From: Armatimonadota bacterium
Lineage (GTDB): Bacteria; Armatimonadota; Fimbriimonadia; Fimbriimonadales; GBS-DC
Reading direction: 5' to 3'
Length of the DNA: 64,000 bases
Assembly (NCBI GenBank): GCA_037445735.1
Contig: JBBIJY010000004.1
Span: 60,674-124,673 of the forward strand
The position numbers and the translations under genes are program-made. The notes beneath the pieces are model-generated. The model was not told the origin of the DNA, searched no databases, and worked only from the letters and a program-made list of their open reading frames with translations. Positions 9,533 to 17,500 of the stretch are shown here, in pieces. The stretch's first letter is position 1. The number at the start of each line of letters is the position of its first letter.

Positions 9533-9562
9533 ATAATAGCACATAATCCCTCTGCTTGTCAA
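9533..9562 (-). promoter_or_regulatory. Sigma70-type promoter for the island operon
   Basis: TTGACA (9562-9557), 18-nt spacer, TATTAT (9538-9533) preceded by TGn (extended -10). Confidence 0.7.
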
Positions 9563-9611
9563 GGCCAAAAGGACGATTTTTTTTTGCAACCTTCGTGCCA
9601 GCAGGACACCC

Positions 9612-9953
9612 TCAGTGTAGACCGAATCTCCCCCAGTGAACCCCAAACCATTCACGAGCCGTTAACTCAGCAACATCCTCGGGAGCCTGAAGAAATCTAA
9701 TCCGTGCAAGTTTTTCGCGAAGGTCCCGATGATACTCGAGCAATCTATCCAGCTCATCTTGTGATAAAGACTGTGTACGCTGCCATATTAATCGCGCCTG
9801 ATCGAGCACTAAATCTCTTAGCGTGCGGCGATTGCCAATATAAGCAAAGCTCCCGTAAGTGGCAGCCAACTTATCCAGACTATCGCTAACCATGCGCTCT
9901 GGCGATATGCGCAAGGCGTCACAGATAGAGACAAACAGCCTAAAAATTCCCAC
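9612..9953 (-). CDS. Hypothetical protein coupled to the DNA methyltransferase (possible endonuclease remnant)
   Basis: GTG 9953 with an AAGGAG SD, overlapping the methyltransferase 3' end; 113 aa; no recognisable motif. Confidence 0.45.
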   Translation of the reverse strand: MGIFRLFVSICDALRISPERMVSDSLDKLAATYGSFAYIGNRRTLRDLVLDQARLIWQRTQSLSQDELDRLLEYHRDLREKLARIRFLQAPEDVAELTAREWFGVHWGRFGLH

Positions 9954-10854
9954 AGTTGTACTCCTTGCGAGTCTCAAATAGAGTCATCTGCTGGTCTGAA
10001 CCCGTCCATTCCAGCGAGCCTGTAGGCCAGATAGCCTCCAGGTTCGGTGTGAAGCGATAGTAGTGGCGAAGGGGCTGAACGGAATCGGCACTGCGCTTCA
10101 CCCTCAGTCGCCAGCGAATCAGCTCCACATTTTTGGGGTCGATTTCAATGCCAACCGAGGATCTGTTCAACTGCTCGGCAACAACCAGCGTGGTGCCCGT
10201 GCCTGCAAAGGGATCCAGCACCAGATCGCCAGGATCGGTGGAGGAGAGGATAATCCGCAACAAAAGCGCGACGGGTGACTGCTGTTTGTGGAACCGTTCC
10301 CCGCCTGGTAGTCGAAGCGCTTCTTCTCCTGCGAAGTAGCCCGAAGTCAGCTCCCGAATGTCGTCCCACACATCGGTGAGATACATTCCGTTCTCACGCT
10401 CATATCTGTATTCGGGGCGCAGGGGCGCATCAACACGCAACCGATGAAACACGCGCGGCTTGCGCCCCTTCGTCGCAAAGGCGATAATCTGATATTGCTT
10501 GCCGAAACGCCAGATGCCTGGCACAGCGGAAGTGCGCTTTGTCCAGATGATCAGGTTCTGAAGCGTCCAGCCTGTCTCACGCAGGCAACGCAGCACATAC
10601 TCCGTGTTCTTCTCGCGCTGCATGAAGTAGATGGCGCCGCCGTCGGCGGTCAGCGCATACACACGCTGGCAGACCTGCACCATCCAGCGCCAGTATTCCT
10701 GCTGCGGCAGGCTGTCTTCAAAGAAGTCATACTCCTTGCCCTGATTGAACGGCGGATCCAGGAAGGTAAGGCAAATTTCGCCCTTAATCCCTGCCTGCTC
10801 CAGAACTGCCCGCTGCAGCAGTTCCAGACAATCGCCCTGCAGAACCTGCGTCAT
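9940..10854 (-). CDS. Site-specific amino-DNA methyltransferase (N6/N4, beta-class motif order)
   Basis: GDCL, FLDPPFN (motif IV), DVW, H..Q.P and VLDPFAGTGTT (motif I); ATG 10854 with GGAGG. The longer ORF in the track is an artefactual extension antisense to nagA. Confidence 0.9.
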   Translation of the reverse strand: MTQVLQGDCLELLQRAVLEQAGIKGEICLTFLDPPFNQGKEYDFFEDSLPQQEYWRWMVQVCQRVYALTADGGAIYFMQREKNTEYVLRCLRETGWTLQNLIIWTKRTSAVPGIWRFGKQYQIIAFATKGRKPRVFHRLRVDAPLRPEYRYERENGMYLTDVWDDIRELTSGYFAGEEALRLPGGERFHKQQSPVALLLRIILSSTDPGDLVLDPFAGTGTTLVVAEQLNRSSVGIEIDPKNVELIRWRLRVKRSADSVQPLRHYYRFTPNLEAIWPTGSLEWTGSDQQMTLFETRKEYNCGNF

Positions 10855-10928
10855 TTTTCTCAACCTCCCCATGCGGTACTGTGGTGTGGAAACAGTTGAC
10901 CCGCACCACCCGCTGCGGTTCCAGCAGG

Positions 10929-10961
10929 GATTGTACCCGTCGGGGGGCTTCGGGTACAATC
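10929..10961. promoter_or_regulatory. Palindromic divergent -10 pair (methyltransferase / nagA)
   Basis: GATTGTACCCG-N11-CGGGTACAATC perfect 11-bp inverted repeat; each arm contains GGTACAAT. Confidence 0.6.
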
Positions 10962-10968
10962 TCGCGCG

Positions 10969-12135
10969 ATGGCGTTTCGGGTCTTTTGCGGGCAGCTCAT
11001 CACCGATGGGCAACTCTATCGGGATGTGGCGCTGCTCATCGATAAAGGGCGTGTGGTAGCGTGGGAATCCTTTAATAATAAGGGCGACCTGCGCATCGAG
11101 CCGCCCGATGTGGATGCGCGTGCCTGCGCCGTATTGCCAGGCATGATCGATATTCACATTCATGGTGGGGGTGGGCGCGACCTGATGGAGGGCACTGTCG
11201 AAGCGGTGCAGGCGGTCGCCCGCCATCTTGCCCGCCACGGCGTGACGGGCTTTCTGGTGACGCCGCTGACGGGTCCGTGGGAGGCGATTCGGGCGACGAT
11301 TCGCGCCGCGCAGCAGGTACGCCAGCACGGTTCCGACGGCGCTCAGGTGCTGGGCTGCCATCTGGAGGGTCCCTTTATCAATCCTGTGCGAGCGGGCGCT
11401 CAGCCGCCCGAATATATTCGCCCTGCCAGTGTTGCTGAGCTGGAACGCGAGCTGGGTCCGCTGCTGGAGGAGGTGCGCATCGTGACGCTGGCGCCCGAGA
11501 TCGAAGGCGGCTACGAGCTGACTCGCTACCTGGCGAATCAGGGCGTGATTGTGTCCATCGGGCACACCGACGCCCGCTATGAAGAGGTCACCCGCGCGAT
11601 TGATCTGGGCGCCCGCCACGCCACGCACTGCTATAACGCCATGCGCCCGTTCCAGCATCGGGAGCCGGGCACGGTGGGCGCAGTGCTGGCGCATCCCGAG
11701 CTGAAAGCTGAACTCATCTGGGACAACATCCACACGCATCCTGCCGCCGCCCGCCTGCTGGTTCAGGCGAAGGGCGTGGAGGGCGTCATCTGCATCTCGG
11801 ATGGCACCACGGGCGTCGGCATGCCCGACGGCTATCGGTTCGAGCTGTGGGGGCATGCGGCGGTGGTTCAGGCGGGCGCGGCACGCCTTGTCGAGAACGG
11901 CTCGCTGGCAGGCAGCGCGATTGCGATGGATGCCTGCCTGCGTCATTGCGCCCACACTTTTAGCCTTGCTGCCGCCTCCATGCTCTGCTGTGCGAACCCT
12001 GCGCGGGCGCTGGGGCTGGAAGGGCGCAAGGGCACGCTGCGCCCGGGCGCCGACGCCGACCTCGTCCTCTGGAACCCCGAACGCCAGCAGGTGGAAAGCA
12101 CCTACATCAGCGGGCAACGGCAGGAATCTCCATGA
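10969..12135 (+). CDS. nagA: N-acetylglucosamine-6-phosphate deacetylase
   Basis: PGMIDIHIHG, HLEGPFI, GAQ, VTLAPE, GHT, TH.YNAM, LAGS, NPA motifs. Confidence 0.95.
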   Translation: MAFRVFCGQLITDGQLYRDVALLIDKGRVVAWESFNNKGDLRIEPPDVDARACAVLPGMIDIHIHGGGGRDLMEGTVEAVQAVARHLARHGVTGFLVTPLTGPWEAIRATIRAAQQVRQHGSDGAQVLGCHLEGPFINPVRAGAQPPEYIRPASVAELERELGPLLEEVRIVTLAPEIEGGYELTRYLANQGVIVSIGHTDARYEEVTRAIDLGARHATHCYNAMRPFQHREPGTVGAVLAHPELKAELIWDNIHTHPAAARLLVQAKGVEGVICISDGTTGVGMPDGYRFELWGHAAVVQAGAARLVENGSLAGSAIAMDACLRHCAHTFSLAAASMLCCANPARALGLEGRKGTLRPGADADLVLWNPERQQVESTYISGQRQESP

Positions 12136-12319
12136 AAGTGTCGAATAACCTGATAGGGCAGATTATCGAGCGGTTCAACTGGGCTGACATGCCGCTCGCC
12201 AGGGGAGAAGAGCCTCTCCCGTGCGTGCGCGTTTGGTCGGCAGCTGCCCCAAATGGCAGGAATCGCTACGAGCATAGCGAATCTTGTTCGAATGCACTCT
12301 ACGAGGAGGTTATAGAGCG

Positions 12320-13810
12320 ATGTGGTACGACGAGCCAGTAGACGAGCAACGACCGGACACGACCAGTACCGACGGGTATCCAGAACCGGGTGATACGGAC
12401 GCGACGAACACGCCAGAGGGTGCGGCGAGCGAGGCACCTGCGGACCGCCTCGCCGAATCGCCAGCCCCAGCAGCAACCAGCGAGCAAGAGGTCTCGATGG
12501 AGGAAGCCCTCGAACAGAGCTTTCGCTCGTTTGAACAGGGCGAGATCGTGCGCGCGACGGTGGTGCAGGTCGACCGCGAGGGCGCATTAGTCGATGTCGG
12601 CACCAAGACGGAGGTCAAAATCCCGCTGTCGGAGCTGTCGGGCGAGCGTGTCAGCTCCGCTGAAGAGGTGGTGCAGGTTGGTGACGAGATCGAAGTGATG
12701 GTGGTGCGCCCGCGCGGTGAAGAGGGTGCACCCGTGCTGTCTAAACGACTCGCCGACTTCGAACGCCTCTGGCAGAGCATCGTGGACGCCTATGAGAAGG
12801 GAGAAACACTGGAAGCGATGGTTACCGAGCGGGTCAAAGGCGGTGTGGTGGTCGATATCGGCGTGCGCTGCTTTGTGCCTGCCAGCCTGATCGCTCGCAA
12901 GCTGCCACCGCAGCAACTGGATCGGCTCATCGGCGAGACCCTGCCCATTAAGATTATCGATCTGGACCATGAGCGTCGGAAGGCGGTGGCATCGAATGTG
13001 GCGGCGGAGGAAGAGCGGCGGCGCCAGCGCGAAGCCGAGGAGCGTGCCCGCCGGGAGCAGATTTTCAGCCAGCTGCAGGTCGGACAGCGGCTCAAAGGCA
13101 GGGTCAAGCGGTTCACCGGCTACGGTGCCTTCGTGGACATCGGCGGCTACGAAGGGCTGCTGCATGTGAGCGAAATCAGCTGGACGCGCATCGAGAACCC
13201 GCGCGACGCGCTCAAAATCGGCGAGGAGCTCGAAGTGGTGGTGATTCGGCTGGAGCCGGAGCGGGGCAAAGTGGCGCTCAGCCGCCGCCAGCTGCTGCCC
13301 GATCCGTGGACGGAAGTCGCCCAGCGCTATCGCGTGGGTGAGGTGCTGGAGCTGCCCATCTCGCGCGTGGAGCGCACAGGCGCCTTTGTGAGACTGCCCG
13401 AAGGCGTGGAAGGGTTCATTCCGCTCTCCGAGCTGACCAGCAAGCGGGGCGTGCGCAGCGCCCAGGAGGTGACATCGGTCGGGGAAACCGTCAAAGCGCG
13501 TATCACGGAGATCGATCCGCGCCGACGGCGCATGGTGCTGAGCGTGCGTAATGCCGAAGAGCAGGCAGCCGTGCAGGAACATGCCCGCCAGCGCGCCGCG
13601 CAACCCGCCCGAACCGGCGGCTTCACCATCGGGCAACGCCTCCAGTCACAACTGCAGGAACTGCAGCAGAGCCTTGCGCCTTCCGAAGACAGCGAGCAGG
13701 CAAACGCCGAATCGCCCGTTGCTACCGATGAACCCTCCGAGCAGGAACCGTCCAGCGATGCAGGAACTTCAGAGGCAGCCGACGAACAGGAATCGGCGAA
13801 GACGGAATGA
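12320..13810 (+). CDS. rpsA: 30S ribosomal protein S1-like protein (four S1 domains, acidic terminal extensions)
   Basis: VKGG.VVDIG...FVPAS, YGAFVDIGG.EGLLHVSEISW and GAFV.L..GVEG.I..SEL motifs; GAGGAGGT SD before ATG 12320. Confidence 0.82.
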   Translation: MWYDEPVDEQRPDTTSTDGYPEPGDTDATNTPEGAASEAPADRLAESPAPAATSEQEVSMEEALEQSFRSFEQGEIVRATVVQVDREGALVDVGTKTEVKIPLSELSGERVSSAEEVVQVGDEIEVMVVRPRGEEGAPVLSKRLADFERLWQSIVDAYEKGETLEAMVTERVKGGVVVDIGVRCFVPASLIARKLPPQQLDRLIGETLPIKIIDLDHERRKAVASNVAAEEERRRQREAEERARREQIFSQLQVGQRLKGRVKRFTGYGAFVDIGGYEGLLHVSEISWTRIENPRDALKIGEELEVVVIRLEPERGKVALSRRQLLPDPWTEVAQRYRVGEVLELPISRVERTGAFVRLPEGVEGFIPLSELTSKRGVRSAQEVTSVGETVKARITEIDPRRRRMVLSVRNAEEQAAVQEHARQRAAQPARTGGFTIGQRLQSQLQELQQSLAPSEDSEQANAESPVATDEPSEQEPSSDAGTSEAADEQESAKTE

Positions 13811-14508
13811 ATCGCTCATCCGTCGTGGCGCAGCCCACCAGCAGCGGTCAATCGCCGTTGCGGATCGCCATCACGGGCGGCATCGCCGAGGGCAAAACGA
13901 CCGTTTTGAACCTGTTTGGCGCGCTGGGCGGGCAAACCATCAGCAGTGACGGGATTGTCGCAACGCTGTTACGTCCAGGGACGGACCTATGGCACGCGCT
14001 TATCAGGGAATTTGGGGAGACAGTATGCACATCGGCGGGCGAGCTGAACCGCGAGCGGCTCGCCGCGCTCGCTTTTGGCGACCCGCGCCAGCGCCGACGC
14101 CTCAACCAGCTGCTGCACCCAGCGGTGGTGCAGGCAATCGAAGAATCGATTGCCCGCAGCGACAGGGATGTGCCGCTGTTTATCGAAGTGCCGTTGCTGA
14201 TCGAGGTGGGCTTGCAGGGGCTGTTCGATCGGGTGATCGTGGTTCAGGCGACGCCTGCTCTTCAGCGGCAACGATTGCTCATGCGGGGCGTCTCGCCGGC
14301 GCTGGCGCGCCAGATGCTGCGCTCGCAGCTGCCTACCCGCGCCAAAGTGCCCTTCGCCGACTGGATTGTGCGCACCCAGCGCTCGCTCGCCGAAGTGGAG
14401 CAACAGGTGCGCCGAATCTGGCAATCGTTGCCGAGGGGCAGGGTATACTTATCTGCCCTCGAAGAGGGACGCGCTTCGTCTCGAAGCGCAACCATTCGGG
14501 GCGATTAG
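13807..14508 (+). CDS. coaE: Dephospho-CoA kinase
   Basis: IAITGGIAEGKTT P-loop, LNR..L....F, LN.LLHP and EVPLL.E motifs. Confidence 0.9.
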   Translation: MNRSSVVAQPTSSGQSPLRIAITGGIAEGKTTVLNLFGALGGQTISSDGIVATLLRPGTDLWHALIREFGETVCTSAGELNRERLAALAFGDPRQRRRLNQLLHPAVVQAIEESIARSDRDVPLFIEVPLLIEVGLQGLFDRVIVVQATPALQRQRLLMRGVSPALARQMLRSQLPTRAKVPFADWIVRTQRSLAEVEQQVRRIWQSLPRGRVYLSALEEGRASSRSATIRGD

Positions 14509-14583
14509 CCGTCAAAAAAGCAGGCAGGAATAGGGGAACGCCTGCCGAACCAATTGGACGCAGAAGAGGAGGTTTAGTCAACA

Positions 14584-17500
14584 GTGGCTAAGCGATGGTG
14601 GCTGATTCTGACGGCACTGATCATCGGGAGCGTTGCTTTTGGGCAGAACACGGCAAGCGAGCGTCCGTGGGAGGAGGTGTACCGCAACCGTCCCAATCGG
14701 CACGTGCTGCCGAACGCGCGTCCGCGCACGATTCCACGCCAGAACTATCGGGAGGTGCCGCCCTTCCCCCGCTGGCAGGGGAGCCTTCAATGGCAAAAGG
14801 GCGGACTGTTCGATCCGCAGCGATTCCATCAACAGCGGCAGTCTCAACAGCAGCGTTCGCGCGCGCCGCGCTGGGATCGCGACCTGACCAACGCGCCCAC
14901 CGACGAGCTGCATCCTGTCTATGCATCGCGTGCTACCCGCATGTTCTTTGCCAGCAACGCCACCGCCGTCGTGGATGGACGCCTGGCAAACCCCGGTCCC
15001 TATTATCATATCTGGCGCGGCGACCTGGACGACGGCAGCAACCCCGACCTGGGGCAGCTGACCAACTACACCCAGATCACGGGCGATACTCCCGATGAGC
15101 AGTTCTCGTCCCAGATTCAGCCCAGCACCAACGCGAACGGGCACCTCCTCGCCTATGCCTCCCGCTCCGCTGCCGGGAGCTATAACATCATCATTCGGAA
15201 CCTGACCACCAACCAGCGGGTGATTCTCACCACCGACAACAACGGCGTGACGCAGAACCTGCGTCCAACGCTGGATCCGGGCGGAGGGCTGGTTATTTTC
15301 TCTTCGAATCGGCTGGAGGCAGGCGAGACGGAAGCCGACCGCCGATTTCGGCTCTACATGGCACGCGCGGATGGGCGTCCCTTCGATGACGGGCTCTTCC
15401 TGAAACGCCTCACGACCCCTGCCCCTGGCGAGAACGACATCGAACCGGCATGGTCGCCCGATGGCAGTCGGGTGGCGTTCGTGCGAACCTTTGCGGACGG
15501 CAGCAGCTACATCTTTATGCTGGATGTGCGCAACCTCAATATCGGGCAATGGACGAACTTCGTGGATAACAACAATAACCGTCCGCAAGATCGCCAGCCT
15601 GCGTGGACCATCGACACCGACGGCTCCCTGCATCTGGTGTTTGCCTCCACGCGCAAGTCGCTCGATAATCAGGGGCGCCACCAGCGACAGCAGCCGTCGA
15701 ACAGCGTGGACACCACCAATCGGATTTTCGATATCTATGAGATTGGCACCGACATCCCTGAGGAGCTGGGCGCCGTTGTACGCTCCATCACCGCCGATCC
15801 CAGCACGCCCGCACTGGCACGCCCCAACTACCCGGGCGACACCGAGCAGCTGGCAGGCGCCCTGTATCCGACGGGCGCCTTCCGCGAGCGCAACCGCGTC
15901 GCCTATCAGTCCACTCGCCTCAACGAACAACAAAACCAGGGCCCACACGACCTCTGGGAGACCTTCCGAACCGACACTATCCCACCCGTAATGGAGTTAC
16001 TGCCCGTCGTCAACCCGAAAGAGGTCTATCCGCCCGGCTCGAATGTGACTATCCGCATCCGCGTGGTGGACTTCCAGAGCGGAGTTCAGTTCGTGCGCAT
16101 CCAGATCAAAGACCCCGATAGCGCCGAACAGGACGAGGAAGGGCTGGAACATAAAATTTATCTTTTCTCGACAGAGGTGGTTGATACCCAAAATATTATT
16201 ATTCCGGTATTTATCGAGATCGGTCAGCAGGCGATTCACCCGGAGACCTATGAGTATAAAGACCCCTATGTGCTGGCGCCGCTGGGCTTCAATGGTCGCT
16301 TGGAAGACACACTGGCATTGCGGTATGTGCCCGATGATCCGAACAACCCTGATCCCACCCAATCGGGCTGGTGGGAGGTCACCTGGCGCACGCCCGATGT
16401 CGCCAGCGATTTCTACATCGATGTTATCGTGCGCGACAATGCGGGGAATGAGTTCCTCTACGACAATATCTCCGGCTTCACCACGAAGATATTCACGGGT
16501 GGCAACCGCATCCTGCTGGTGTCGGACTATGCGGCGGGACAGATGTTCGTGCAGAACCGAATCGGTGTGGTGGGCAACTCGGTGGGACGCCCGACCTGGC
16601 TCCCTGTGGAAAGCTACTGGACTGATAACCCGACAGGCAAGCCACCGTTTGATATTGCCATTAGTCCAGCTGGTGTGCCTATCATCGGGGACGGAGCCAT
16701 TCCCAGCCCCACGGTACCGTTCCAATTCATTCGCTCCGACACGCTGGGGAGCAACACGACCTACGGTAACCTGTACGAGATCTGGCGGGTGCAGTGTCGG
16801 AACCCGATCTCGCCCTCGGTGCTGGCAGGCTATCTACCCCGCTATGAGCGGGAGCCAACCGATTTGCAGGGTGGATTCCGCACCAAGTTGCATGCCGAGC
16901 GTATTGTGGTATGGGCAAGCCCCTACACGGGTGACCTGTGGGCAGGAGCAGGGCATCTGCTGGATCCTGAAGTCCAGACACTATTGCGGAACTTCCTGGC
17001 AGGAGCGGGTCGCCTGGTGGTCAGTGGTCAGGATGTCGCCTGGGCGCTGACCCTCGCAGGTGGTACTGCCAACGAGTTCCTCCAGCAGATTTTGCAGGCA
17101 CAGTTCGACACCGACACAGCCGAAGATGTGTTCCTGCCCATCCCGTTCGCTCGCCTGCGCCACCAGCTCGACTCCAGCGGGCTGGAAACCAACCCCGATA
17201 ATAACGATCCGAACCCGATTGCCTTCAACCCCGGCGGAATGCCCATCTGGTTCATCGTGGACGGTGGGGTTCAAGCCTCACCAGAAAATCTGCAAATCGC
17301 TGACCCCGCCACGATGTTGCCCAGTAGTGCGATCCTGCGTATCATACCGCCAACCGCACTTAACGGCATCAACAGCGACGGCGCCTGGAACCAGATCTGG
17401 CTTGACACGATCTTCACCAATCCGAACGAACGAGCGCCCTACAAGTACACCAACCCTGGCATCACGAACGATGCTCAGCGCCAGCGTGCGGGTACCTACT

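Noticed and set aside
7240-9610. Island as an integrative mobile element
   Set aside because: No integrase, transposase, tRNA target or convincing flanking direct repeat was found; only the compositional shift supports foreign origin.
9940-12117. 725-aa ORF suggesting a large fusion methyltransferase
   Set aside because: The first ~420 aa are mostly the antisense shadow of nagA; methyltransferase motifs and an SD begin at 10854.
12132-12341. 69-aa ORF between nagA and the S1 gene
   Set aside because: No recognisable motif; it overlaps the S1 start and a structured leader, so it is more likely non-coding.
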